In this document: one piece after another, positions 45,431 to 55,375 of the stretch
Layout of the letters: every line of letters begins with the position of its first letter
Position numbering within the stretch: position 1 is the first letter of the stretch
Source: an uncultured Anaerolineaceae bacterium
GTDB lineage: Bacteria > Chloroflexota > Anaerolineae > Anaerolineales > Anaerolineaceae
Direction: 5' to 3'
Length of the DNA: 64,000 nucleotides
NCBI GenBank assembly: GCA_942491385.1
Contig: CALOAF010000007.1
Coordinates: forward strand, 63,613 to 127,612
Notes under the pieces: generated by a model
What the model saw: only the letters and a program-made list of their open reading frames with translations
Told to the model about the DNA's origin: nothing
Databases searched by the model: none
Position numbers and translations under genes: made by a program

Positions 45431-46333
45431 TTAGTAATCTCCATAATCGACAGGTGAGCTTAAGCGTGGATTTACTTCAAGCCTGGTATGTGTTTCTGCA
45501 CCAAGTTTTTCCCAATATTCATTGCGGTCTTTCACCCCATATACCCATTCATCCAACCAGATTTTTATTTTTTCGGGGGATTGGCTGATTTCATCCCAGG
45601 CTAGATAAAAGGAGTTATCGCGATCGTAATATCCCTGGGTATAAGATGGATGGGCAGCATAAGGCACATGACAGACCGCATCCACAATAAAAGCAGGAAT
45701 AACTGTTCGATTGGGGTCACTCCGAATGATATCTTCATCTACAATCTCTTCTGCTGTTATGATGACATGTCGGGAGGCGAAGGCAGCTTCTTTTTGTTCA
45801 CCCACAATTCCCCAAATTTGTGAATTCCCGTGTTGATCACAGCGCTGTACGTGGACAATCGCTACATCTGGGTGCAATGGGGGGACGACAATCACTTCAT
45901 TTCCAGTATATGGATCAGTAATCCGTTTGATGTCTTGGTTAGCTTTTTCCAGACTGGGTGCGCCGGTTTGATTCATGGGCATAAAGGGAAGGCCGGTTGC
46001 TCCTGCCTGTAATCGGGAAATCATTCCAAAATGAGAATATTCTTCCCATTCCATTTCACCTTTTTCAATAGCATCCCGCATAATGCGTAAGGACCCTACT
46101 CCAGGGTTACCCATATAGGAAAATATTACTTTCTTAACACATCCGGCTGCTGTGAGCATATCATAAATGAGATCTGGTGTGGCTCGCGCGACAGTTAGAT
46201 TTTTTTTCTTTTGGCGAATGATTTCATGTGCCGCGGCAAATGGAATCATGTGTGTGAATCCCGCTGCATAGATAATATCACCATCGTGAATGTATTTTTG
46301 TATGGCTTCCGATAAAGTATGTAGTTTTGACAT
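45431..46333 (-). CDS. CoA-transferase subunit A
   Basis: N-terminal LSEAIQKYIHDGDIIYAAGF and length typical of GctA-like alpha subunits. Confidence 0.8.
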   Translation of the reverse strand: MSKLHTLSEAIQKYIHDGDIIYAAGFTHMIPFAAAHEIIRQKKKNLTVARATPDLIYDMLTAAGCVKKVIFSYMGNPGVGSLRIMRDAIEKGEMEWEEYSHFGMISRLQAGATGLPFMPMNQTGAPSLEKANQDIKRITDPYTGNEVIVVPPLHPDVAIVHVQRCDQHGNSQIWGIVGEQKEAAFASRHVIITAEEIVDEDIIRSDPNRTVIPAFIVDAVCHVPYAAHPSYTQGYYDRDNSFYLAWDEISQSPEKIKIWLDEWVYGVKDRNEYWEKLGAETHTRLEVNPRLSSPVDYGDY

Positions 46334-46356
46334 TGTTTTTCTCTTTTGCGGTGGAT

Positions 46357-46659
46357 TTAGGATCTTCTGGATCGTCTGGATTGTCGCTCTTCCTGTTCAA
46401 TATGACCTTTGAACCTGGAATTCTGGTATTTTCCCCGACGGTTCTTGTTTGAATCAGAATCTGGTAAGTCTGATTGAGGTTCTTTCTTCTTCTTCTTCTT
46501 CTTCTTCCTTAAAATTGTACCAAAAAGAATGAATAAGATACCAGTGATAAACAGATAAAAATTTACGCTATCTGCAATCATGGAGAAAACAAATAATAGC
46601 AAAAACAATCCACCCAGGATCAAAATAAATTTACCAAATTTGACTCGAATCTCGCTCAT
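46357..46659 (-). CDS. Small membrane protein with poly-Lys tract and Arg/Ser-rich tail
   Basis: Two hydrophobic helices, then RKKKKKKKKE. The ATG directly abuts the T-run of the upstream terminator, so expression is uncertain. Confidence 0.4.
   Translation of the reverse strand: MSEIRVKFGKFILILGGLFLLLFVFSMIADSVNFYLFITGILFILFGTILRKKKKKKKKEPQSDLPDSDSNKNRRGKYQNSRFKGHIEQEERQSRRSRRS
46486..46506. repeat. (CTT)7 trinucleotide repeat, equivalent to (AAG)7 on the coding strand
   Basis: Direct reading. It encodes the Lys run in the small membrane protein. Confidence 0.9.
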
Positions 46660-46688
46660 AAAAAATGCTGTCCTTGATCAAGAACAGC
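46658..46688 (-). terminator. Intrinsic terminator downstream of the P5C dehydrogenase gene
   Basis: On the minus strand: GCTGTTCTTGATCAAGGACAGC (11-bp arms, one mismatch), followed by ATTTTTTAT. Confidence 0.6.
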
Positions 46689-46717
46689 ATAATTCTAATA
46701 CAAAGTTTCTAATTGGA

Positions 46718-48307
46718 CTATATCTTCTTGACCTGATTATATACCTGTTCACGCATGTACATTTGCAAATAATGGTGACCACCTGCGTTTTTTCCAGTTG
46801 CACCAGAGCCTTTCCAGCCACCAAAGGGTTGGAATCCCGGCCATGCACCAGTGGTTGCGCCTTGTGGGCGGTTGGCATAATTCACACCAGCTTCAATATT
46901 CTCGAAGAACCATTGTGCTTCTTCATCAGTACCATAAAAACCAGATGTGAGACCATAATCGACATCGTTGGCAATTTGCATACCCTCGTCAAGTGACTTG
47001 ATCTTTCCAATCGTGGTAATAGGCAGGAACATCTCATACTTCCATAAGCGGTGAGAAAAAGGCACATCAGCAAACAGGGACGGTGTTGCAAAATAACCGT
47101 TAGCATAATCTCCATTCGTCAGCACTTCGCCACCTGTTAAGACACGTCCCGCAGCTTTCAATTCAGCACAGAAATCCTGGAAATCTTTATAAGAGTTTTT
47201 ATTGATGACCGGGCCCATGAAAACAGTGCGATCAGTAGGGTCACCAATTGATAATTTTTGTGTGAGAGCAACCAGGCGCTCAACCAGTTGATCATGAATT
47301 GACTCCTCTACCAGGACACGAGAGCAGGCAGAACACTTTTGTCCTTGTAAGCCGAATGCTGATCGTACGATACCTAACGCGGCATCTTCGAGGTTTGCGT
47401 TCTTCGAAACTATTGCTGGATTCTTGCCACCTAATTCCAGAATGGTCGGTCGAACATATTTTCCATTCTGGGCAAATGTTCGGAAAATTCCCATACCCAC
47501 ATCAAAAGATCCTGTGAATGTAACACCAGCTACATCTGGGTGATTCACCAAGGCATTCCCCAGTGTACTTCCCGGTCCGGTAACGTAATTAAAGACACCA
47601 TCCGGGATGCCAGCATCTAAAAATGCCTGAGCAAGCAAGTAAGGCGTCAGGGGGGTATCTGTTGCGGGTTTCATCACGATCGTATTCCCAGCGACCATCG
47701 CTGCACCAGCAGGCCCACCGGTAAGGGCACCTGGAAAATTGAACGGACTTATGATCAACCAGACACCATATGGACGCATCACAGACAAATTGGTGGATTT
47801 CAACCCAACGAATGGATCACTTCCCATCTGAATTTCAAAGCCATTATTTTCTTCCAATTGGTCACAAGCATAACGAATCAAATCTGCAGTCTCCACTGCA
47901 TCTCCGATGCCCTCCATGCGGTTTTTACCAACTTCCAGAGTCATGGCTGCACCAATATAATAGCTGCGATCTTCGATGAGATCCGCTGCTTTGCGGAGTA
48001 ATCTTACACGTTCCTGCCAGGGTGTTTTCCGCCAGGTTGGAAATGCTTTCTTGGCTGCTGCAATGGCATCATCTGCAATTTTCTGATCCCCTTTTTGAAA
48101 AATCCCAATAACTTGATTGGTATTGATGGGGGAGCGATTCTCAAATTTATCGCTGGCTTTTACTTCTTTACCATTGATGACCATGGAATATTCCTGGCCA
48201 AATGTTTTCCTTAAAGCTGCCAGATTAGACTCGTAAGATGCGTGAAACTCCTCTGGTGGACTGAACATTGTCCCATATGTTAATTTAAATTTACCTTCAG
48301 TTCCCAT
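46718..48307 (-). CDS. pruA: L-glutamate gamma-semialdehyde (1-pyrroline-5-carboxylate) dehydrogenase
   Basis: ALDH motifs ISPFNFPGA, ELGGKNP and GQKCSACSR, plus a C-terminal FQPFGGWKGSGATGKNAGG block like Bacillus RocA. Confidence 0.8.
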   Translation of the reverse strand: MGTEGKFKLTYGTMFSPPEEFHASYESNLAALRKTFGQEYSMVINGKEVKASDKFENRSPINTNQVIGIFQKGDQKIADDAIAAAKKAFPTWRKTPWQERVRLLRKAADLIEDRSYYIGAAMTLEVGKNRMEGIGDAVETADLIRYACDQLEENNGFEIQMGSDPFVGLKSTNLSVMRPYGVWLIISPFNFPGALTGGPAGAAMVAGNTIVMKPATDTPLTPYLLAQAFLDAGIPDGVFNYVTGPGSTLGNALVNHPDVAGVTFTGSFDVGMGIFRTFAQNGKYVRPTILELGGKNPAIVSKNANLEDAALGIVRSAFGLQGQKCSACSRVLVEESIHDQLVERLVALTQKLSIGDPTDRTVFMGPVINKNSYKDFQDFCAELKAAGRVLTGGEVLTNGDYANGYFATPSLFADVPFSHRLWKYEMFLPITTIGKIKSLDEGMQIANDVDYGLTSGFYGTDEEAQWFFENIEAGVNYANRPQGATTGAWPGFQPFGGWKGSGATGKNAGGHHYLQMYMREQVYNQVKKI

Positions 48308-48449
48308 AAAATTAGCCTCCTTAACAAGAAATGATCTAATATTTAGTATACATGAAGAGGGAAGACAAAATCAATTATAAATTCTGTCAAAAAAAACAGA
48401 CCTGAATAATTATTTGAACTAGTTTAATTTGAAGCTAATAAATTTAGAT

Positions 48450-50336
48450 TTATTGTTTTGCAGTTAAGGGCAGATATACAACTTCGCTCATCGTTTTCAC
48501 AGTGAAAGGATCATTAATCGTAGAGCCAAAGTCATTGATGGCAGTGATGGTAATGATATAGGTTGTTCCTCTTTCCAATCCGGAGATTTGGATAGGTAAC
48601 TGGCTGATTTCGAGTCCTTGATCAAGTGCCATTGTATGGGTTAACTCGTCCTCAATTTGAATAATGTAGGTAATGTCACCATCAGTGGACCGCCAATCTA
48701 GTGTGATGCTGGAAATTAATGAAAAGATCTTGATATCCGTTATCGGAGCTGGGGGGTTGCAATTTATTAGGCCTGTCGTAGCAATATTACTGAAGTCAGA
48801 ATTTCCATTCTGATTATAGGCATTAACCCGATAGTAAAATTGTCCACCACACACAGGGCTTTGATCAATAAATGTGGACGTATTTGCAGGTAATGAAAAT
48901 AAGGCAGACCAATTTATTCCATCTGTTGATCGTTCAACTTTAAACCCCTGTTCATCATTGCTATTATCAACGAATCCGACCAAAATTTCACTTGCCTTTA
49001 CATCCAGAATTGTTAGATTTGTCGGTGCTAAGGGAGCAATTTTCGCACTCCGAAAATTAGCTACGATAGAAGCAGTGTTATTTAATGTCATCCGATTGTC
49101 TGCACTATTAGTGGCTGTTGAGACCACACCTGTTGGTCTTCCATTGTAAAGCACCTCAGGGTTCGACCAATTATTTACGCGGGGGCAACCACCAGAACAG
49201 TTATATGCCATCACTGTTCGGAAAGATAGGCTGGGATCCTGATATCCATAAGAGTAACTATACATGGCAGATCCACCTCCGGTATTCAAACGGTCGTGAT
49301 GGGCACCCATATTGTGCCCGGTTTCGTGGGCAAATGAATAATAACCGGTCGCACAGCCTCGGGAAACCAGACTATTCCCGACTGAGTCATAGGTGTAACT
49401 GGGAGTCATTAGCCAACCGATGCCACAATATGTCATATTATTAACAATCATCACAACCAGATCTGCCCCATAGGTATTGCGTAAATTACGCGCTTCATCG
49501 ATAACATTATCTTGATTGGTTAAGTGCGAAAGAGCCGTACTCCAACCTGAACCGGTAGATAGAATACTTTCATCATAATTTATTTCTGCTGCATGAACTA
49601 ACCTCATTCTAGAGAAAATGCCACTGCGTTCATAGCCTGTATTTGTCTCGCTGACTGCCAGATTAATCAGGTTTAGCATATTTGCTGTTCCACCTGCACC
49701 GGACCGGGCAGCAGCGGTATAAACAACCAGAACATCTATCACATATCCACTATCGGATGATGGGATCGTGAGGTTTGGTTCAAAAATCCCTTCTGTTGGT
49801 TCAACGGATTCTGGTATGATATCCAATTCATCAGGAAATTGAGATTGGTCAATTTCTTCGAATTGATAAAACCCTTTTCCATCCTCTCTCAAATGATATT
49901 GTCTTCCATGAAATTCCAGGTTAGCACTCACTACCTCGTTAGTGGAAACCACAATAATGGAACTGTCTGGTTCATTATTTAAGATACCAGACATGATAAA
50001 TCCTGATTGGAGGGTGTGTTCAATTTTTTCGAATGTGACATCGAACGAAAGATCTACAAATAGTTTGATTTGGGCTGACTGGTTTTTATGTTGATTGGTG
50101 AATAAATCACTGGCTATTTTTTCAATTGCAACTGTGTTTAAATTTACTTTCTGAGTTCTGGCAACGCCCACTTCCTGAGAAGTAACAGATAAAGGGTTAT
50201 TGGTATTCCGGTCTAACTCGGAAATGACAGGTGGGTGATTATCCGTTGCGTAAACGAATGGGATGTTTAATCCCAGCGATATGATGACGCCTAAGTAAAT
50301 GAATATTCGAAAAATTCGTGTTGAATCCAGTCTCAT
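48450..50336 (-). CDS. Secreted metzincin (reprolysin/M12B-like) zinc protease with two C-terminal FN3-like domains
   Basis: Signal peptide MRLDSTRIFRIFIYLGVIISLGLNIPFVYA. Zinc site HETGHNMGAHHD. C-terminal beta-sandwich repeats (APTNLTI..., PPAPITDIKI...). Confidence 0.8.
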   Translation of the reverse strand: MRLDSTRIFRIFIYLGVIISLGLNIPFVYATDNHPPVISELDRNTNNPLSVTSQEVGVARTQKVNLNTVAIEKIASDLFTNQHKNQSAQIKLFVDLSFDVTFEKIEHTLQSGFIMSGILNNEPDSSIIVVSTNEVVSANLEFHGRQYHLREDGKGFYQFEEIDQSQFPDELDIIPESVEPTEGIFEPNLTIPSSDSGYVIDVLVVYTAAARSGAGGTANMLNLINLAVSETNTGYERSGIFSRMRLVHAAEINYDESILSTGSGWSTALSHLTNQDNVIDEARNLRNTYGADLVVMIVNNMTYCGIGWLMTPSYTYDSVGNSLVSRGCATGYYSFAHETGHNMGAHHDRLNTGGGSAMYSYSYGYQDPSLSFRTVMAYNCSGGCPRVNNWSNPEVLYNGRPTGVVSTATNSADNRMTLNNTASIVANFRSAKIAPLAPTNLTILDVKASEILVGFVDNSNDEQGFKVERSTDGINWSALFSLPANTSTFIDQSPVCGGQFYYRVNAYNQNGNSDFSNIATTGLINCNPPAPITDIKIFSLISSITLDWRSTDGDITYIIQIEDELTHTMALDQGLEISQLPIQISGLERGTTYIITITAINDFGSTINDPFTVKTMSEVVYLPLTAKQ

Positions 50337-50475
50337 TTTTACTCCTAAAATATATCTGCACATATTTCAGGATAAAAATAGCACACCGAATGTGTTTTAT
50401 ACGGAGGGTGTTAGGTGATTGTAAGGGGATCAATCAAGAATACTATGATTGTAAAGTGATTTCAAACTTTTTAAG

Positions 50476-51699
50476 TTAATTTCCAGTTATAAATTGGTCA
50501 TAAAAACTCGCTAATTGGTTGCGTACCAATTCGGCATCTGCCCGCGATACTAGTAATGCGTGATTGAAACTCGTCGCTCGCTGTCGAAGTTTTTGATCGT
50601 CATAGGCATAGATTATGGCATTTGCCAGCTCAACAAAGTTAGTGGGTGGCACAAGAAGACCATTGATACCAGGCGTGATCCATTCCCGTAATGATTCGAT
50701 ATCGCCTACAATCGGAAAACAACCACATGCCATCGTTTCCAGCAATGTATTCGGGGTGCCATCATGAGTTGTGACCGACACAGAAATTTGAGCGCGGTGA
50801 AAGATAGACCATAAAATATCCTGGGATAAGGTCGGTAACAATTTCACATTTTCCTGAATTTTCAGTCGTTCGACCCAATGCTGTGCTTCTGGTTTTCCTT
50901 GCATGCCAGGGCAAAGAAAGATTGCTTGAGGAAGTTTTTTGAGAACAAGAGAGATGGATTGAAAGAATACATCTGTTTGCGCATAGGCTCGTATGCCTCG
51001 TGGATTGACGATCACCGGAATGTCGGCTGCAATGTTGAGATCAGCAATCTGCACTTGTTTTGCTTGCGCAATTTCCTTAAAAAGGATTCCTCCACCACCA
51101 GGGACGACCAGACCAGGTTTGGTTTCAGGAAAACCCCATTGATGGGCAAGATGGATATCCCGGTGAACATCCGCCATTACGCCATCAGCTCTTTGCATAG
51201 CTTCAAAAGTCAAATCTTTCATCTTTTGGTTTGCATTGGCGTGTAAGGTGAAGTCATTACCCCAAACAGAAACGATTAAAGGAATTTCCTGGGGGATAAT
51301 TGAGGCTAACATCCCTTCATAGGGGATCCGTAATGCATGAACCAGATCGGGTTTCAAATCAGAGATAATATTTATTAATTCAGTCTGGTATTTTGGCAAG
51401 GTGGCTGGTCCGAGCAGATATCGAATTTTCATCACAAGCGGCCGTGCATTTTGGATGATAGATTTTTTCCAATTTTTTCCTGATTGTTTATCCGGTTTGA
51501 GCACAGAAGGATTAATTTCTTTTTCTCCTGCTGCGCTGAAGGCAACTGGCAAGATAAAAAGCTGATCTACGGAAGGTCTGCTTGACAAAGGATAAGTGGA
51601 AACCATCGAAACCCGAAAATCAAGTGAGTGCAGCATATCAATCCATCTTTTTGTGATTGCGCTGCGTCCATCCGCAATTAACAGAATATGCTTACTCAT
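50476..51699 (-). CDS. Glycosyltransferase family 4 (GT-B)
   Basis: C-terminal GT1/GT4 core (TPNTLLETMACGCFPIVGDI). 4-nt overlap with the upstream gene. Confidence 0.8.
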   Translation of the reverse strand: MSKHILLIADGRSAITKRWIDMLHSLDFRVSMVSTYPLSSRPSVDQLFILPVAFSAAGEKEINPSVLKPDKQSGKNWKKSIIQNARPLVMKIRYLLGPATLPKYQTELINIISDLKPDLVHALRIPYEGMLASIIPQEIPLIVSVWGNDFTLHANANQKMKDLTFEAMQRADGVMADVHRDIHLAHQWGFPETKPGLVVPGGGGILFKEIAQAKQVQIADLNIAADIPVIVNPRGIRAYAQTDVFFQSISLVLKKLPQAIFLCPGMQGKPEAQHWVERLKIQENVKLLPTLSQDILWSIFHRAQISVSVTTHDGTPNTLLETMACGCFPIVGDIESLREWITPGINGLLVPPTNFVELANAIIYAYDDQKLRQRATSFNHALLVSRADAELVRNQLASFYDQFITGN

Positions 51700-52808
51700 C
51701 GTGCCTTTTCCCTGGATAGAGCATCCATGCTGGCTTCTATGAAAATGGAAACCATCTGATCAATATTTACACTTGTTTTGACAGTTTGGTAAGCTGCCAG
51801 CCCTTTCTGAGGCAAACGTTCAGGGTAACTCAGCGCTGAAGATATCGCATCAAGTAATGCTTTTGGATCATTGGGGGGGATATTCCAGCCATTCTCATTG
51901 TTGACGAGATCCGTTTGGGTACCGTCACCTTCTGCAACAATAACCGGTAATGCATGTGCCATGGCTTGTTGGACTGCCAGCCCACCCGTTCCAGGCAGGA
52001 CGAATAAATCTGCCTCGTTGAGTATGGACTCTAATTCTTTTCCAAATTTCTCACCCCAGAATTTTGTGTCAGGGTAAATATTTGCTGCCAGGGTTTCCAA
52101 TTCAGTGCGGATCGAGCCATTCCCTACAATCCAGAGCTGTGGTTGGAGTTTTTTTGGTAATTGAGAACAAGTTTTAATAAGCGTATCCAACCTTTTTCTG
52201 GGCTGCAATCTACCCACATACAATAGGATTGGCTTGTTATCCTCCTGCCAGGCTTTTCGAATAGGCGGTTTGCCAATTGGGGCAGGTACAATGGCATTTT
52301 TAGCCACAAAAACCTGGTTTGGTTTAAACCCAGCCTGGGTGTATTGTTGGGCACCTTTTTGGCTGTAGCTAATGATGTTTGTCAATGATCCCAAGAATTG
52401 GGTACGAGAATAATTCCGAAGAAATGAAAATGCACCTGTGTATTGGGGTACCCCTAAACCCCAACCGATGACTGGCTTTTGTTGGTTTTTCATCCAGCGC
52501 ATGACAGAAGGTGTAGATAGGTAACGAGGGTTGGCTTCCACGATTAACACATCCGGTTGCCAATTTTTAACCCATCCTAAAAACTGGGGTTGAAGACATA
52601 AATAAAACTTACCCTTCAGCAGGTGGATATTTTGTGTAAATTCAAAATCTATCCCAGTCAGATGATCAACGATAGAAATCATTTCTTCAGGTTGTGGGGC
52701 GCCAGCGATCACTCCCAATTCAATTTCTGGCTGCTTTGACAATAATTGCAAAAATGGTGCACGATAGCCAGGGATCACACGTTGTTGAATCGCTAATCGG
52801 ATTTTCAT
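51696..52808 (-). CDS. Glycosyltransferase family 4 (GT-B)
   Basis: GT4 core (LLYVGRLQPRKR, GGLAVQQAMAHALPVIVAEGDG). 4-nt overlap with the sbcC stop. Confidence 0.8.
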   Translation of the reverse strand: MKIRLAIQQRVIPGYRAPFLQLLSKQPEIELGVIAGAPQPEEMISIVDHLTGIDFEFTQNIHLLKGKFYLCLQPQFLGWVKNWQPDVLIVEANPRYLSTPSVMRWMKNQQKPVIGWGLGVPQYTGAFSFLRNYSRTQFLGSLTNIISYSQKGAQQYTQAGFKPNQVFVAKNAIVPAPIGKPPIRKAWQEDNKPILLYVGRLQPRKRLDTLIKTCSQLPKKLQPQLWIVGNGSIRTELETLAANIYPDTKFWGEKFGKELESILNEADLFVLPGTGGLAVQQAMAHALPVIVAEGDGTQTDLVNNENGWNIPPNDPKALLDAISSALSYPERLPQKGLAAYQTVKTSVNIDQMVSIFIEASMDALSREKAR

Positions 52809-55375
52809 GAATACACAATCACTTCAGCCCGTGAACCACTAGGCGTCTTTTCTACTTCAATTCTTCCAGGAAAGGCATCTTTCAATTCTTCGAGGTGTGT
52901 GATGATTAAGATTTTTGAAAAATCCTTCTTTACAAGATTTATTGTTTCTACCAGACGACTGCGGCCGGTGTTGTCCTGACTGCCAAAACCTTCATCGATT
53001 ACCAATGTTTGCAAGCGCGCACCGGACCGTTTTGCCAGCACCTGGGATAGGGCCAGTCTGATTGCAAAATTTATGCGGAAGGCTTCCCCGCCGGAGAACA
53101 TCTCATAAGCTCTGGTATGACCACTGGCGTCATTGATAAGAATATCAAGAGTCTCTTTTTTATCCTGTCTCTTCTTGTCTTTATACTCACTTTGGGTTTC
53201 AAAATGAATGGATAATTGACCTAAAGTCAATCGATCAAGCAGTTCGTTGGCATGTGCTTCAATTTCCGGCAGCGCTTGTTCAATCAACAAGGCTGGCACT
53301 CCTTTTTTACCAAAAGCTTCTTCTAATTTCTGATATCTGCTGATTTTCACTATCAGGTGATCCAACTCGGACTGAATTGTTTCTTTGTCTATTTTTTTTC
53401 GTTCGATGGTATCTAATTTTTGTTTTTCTGCCCCTAATCGACGGCTGATCTGACTGATTTCTATGTCAATTGAATCTAATTCTTTTTTCAGACCGAGAAT
53501 ATCAGGCAAATTAACATATAGATTCTCAAACTCGCTTTGCATAGTCGTGAGTATTTTGGATTTTTCAGCCAGTTCCTTTTCATTGTTCTGGATATCATCC
53601 ATCAATTCAGCTTTTTGTTTTTTTATAGGTTCGAGGGTTGCCTGTGCTGATTCCAGCTTGCGAAATTTTTCTTCAGTTCCACGCAGCTTATTTTCCTGTT
53701 GTTGAATGGACAAATGCTGGTTTTCGTCGTAGTTTATCTTTTTAATTTCATCTTCGAGGGCAACCACCTGAGAATGAAATTTCTTTTCAAAGAAACGGTT
53801 TTCTATTTGTTTTAATGTGTTTTGATATGTAGAGGAATGCTTTTTCTGCCACTCATCGATTGATTTTTCAATTTGTTCTTTATTCACCCTTTTCTCTGTC
53901 ATCAGATTCTGGAGATGAATATTTTCATTTTCTATCGTTTCAATATTTTTCAGTTCTACGCTTATTTTGTTGCTTTCTTTTTGAAACTGACTGATTAACT
54001 TATTTTCAGCGTCAATCAATTTGTTGCGTTCAAGTCCTTCTTTGATGATCAATGATTCATATTTTTCTCTATGATCCTGGGTGAGTGGTTGACTGCAAAA
54101 AGGACAATCTGGACCGGCGACACGGAATTCTTTCAAGTGGTTTCGTTTTTCATTGTTTAGATTTTCTAAATGTTTAATGTTTTGTTTTCTGGAGGTAATA
54201 TCCCTTAGAAGATTTTGCATCATTTCGTTCAGGCCTGCTTTTTTCGAAATTGAATTAGCAAACTCCTCCTGCTTCCGGGCGAGTTCGACTAACTCTTCTT
54301 CAATTTCAGGAAGTTTTTTTCTAAATCGATCAATCTCTGTCTTTTTTTCTTCCAGATTAATCTTCTGGTTCGTGAGGGATTCATTTTGTTTCTCTATTTG
54401 GTGATTAATATTTATTAATTCATGATTTGCTTTTTGATAAAGGTTCGCTTTTTTGTTAAATTCATCCAACTGATAGCGAATTTTGATCCACTGTTTATAA
54501 TTTTCTTCGATTTGGACTGCATTTTGAACTTGTTTCTCCAAATCTTCAATCTGGGTGATTAAATTATTTTGGCGGATTTTATTTTTTCCTAAGCTGGATG
54601 TAAGTTTTTCAACATCTTTTTTTTGTTGCTCAATTTGTGAGGCTGCATTTATCCTGGCGGAATCCAATTGTTTTGCCTGATCAATAATTTGGTTATGATC
54701 TTGTTTGGCTTTGATTTTAATTTCCAGGTCCTTTTGGGTTTGAGCCAGATTGAATTTAATCTGTTCCTCATTGGCTATCTCATTATTAACATCAGTCAGG
54801 ATGCTTTCAAGGCGTTTTTTTTCGGATTCAGTATCTTTCCGAATTTCTCTTGTTTGCATAAGATAATTCTCCCAAACATCCAACCCCAGAATATTCGAGA
54901 GAATGGCCTTGCGATCTCCAGAAGTTAATTGTGTAAATTGGTCTGCTTTTCCTTGCAGGAAGAAGGAGGCGTTGATAAATGTCTCGTAATCCATCTGTAA
55001 AGTTAATTCAATTCTTTTTTGTGTAATACTTACAGAATGCTCGGTCAGGGTGCGCCAATGGTCGGCTGCCGGATCCCGCACATAAAATTCGAGCAATTGT
55101 GTTTTATCCATTTGTTTTGTGCGCCGGACTCTGAAAAGTTGTTGTTCGTATTCAAAGTCTAGTATCACCAGGGCTGTATCAGATTGTTGGTTGATCACCT
55201 GATCATTTCTTGCGCGGGCATTCCCGAATAACGCCCAGGTTAAGGCATCCAAAATGGAAGATTTTCCTGCACCATTCGGGCCAGTAATACTGGCTAAATG
55301 GATTTGTTCAAAATTGATATCAACAGGTTCCTGATAGGATAAAAAACCTTGAATTGTGAGATTAACAGGGATCAT
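52805..55375 (-). CDS. sbcC: SbcC/Rad50-like DNA repair ATPase
   Basis: Walker A GPNGAGKSSILDA, a long coiled coil with zinc hook CPFCSQ, signature FSGGEAF and Walker B LVIDEGFG. Confidence 0.85.
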   Translation of the reverse strand: MIPVNLTIQGFLSYQEPVDINFEQIHLASITGPNGAGKSSILDALTWALFGNARARNDQVINQQSDTALVILDFEYEQQLFRVRRTKQMDKTQLLEFYVRDPAADHWRTLTEHSVSITQKRIELTLQMDYETFINASFFLQGKADQFTQLTSGDRKAILSNILGLDVWENYLMQTREIRKDTESEKKRLESILTDVNNEIANEEQIKFNLAQTQKDLEIKIKAKQDHNQIIDQAKQLDSARINAASQIEQQKKDVEKLTSSLGKNKIRQNNLITQIEDLEKQVQNAVQIEENYKQWIKIRYQLDEFNKKANLYQKANHELININHQIEKQNESLTNQKINLEEKKTEIDRFRKKLPEIEEELVELARKQEEFANSISKKAGLNEMMQNLLRDITSRKQNIKHLENLNNEKRNHLKEFRVAGPDCPFCSQPLTQDHREKYESLIIKEGLERNKLIDAENKLISQFQKESNKISVELKNIETIENENIHLQNLMTEKRVNKEQIEKSIDEWQKKHSSTYQNTLKQIENRFFEKKFHSQVVALEDEIKKINYDENQHLSIQQQENKLRGTEEKFRKLESAQATLEPIKKQKAELMDDIQNNEKELAEKSKILTTMQSEFENLYVNLPDILGLKKELDSIDIEISQISRRLGAEKQKLDTIERKKIDKETIQSELDHLIVKISRYQKLEEAFGKKGVPALLIEQALPEIEAHANELLDRLTLGQLSIHFETQSEYKDKKRQDKKETLDILINDASGHTRAYEMFSGGEAFRINFAIRLALSQVLAKRSGARLQTLVIDEGFGSQDNTGRSRLVETINLVKKDFSKILIITHLEELKDAFPGRIEVEKTPSGSRAEVIVYS

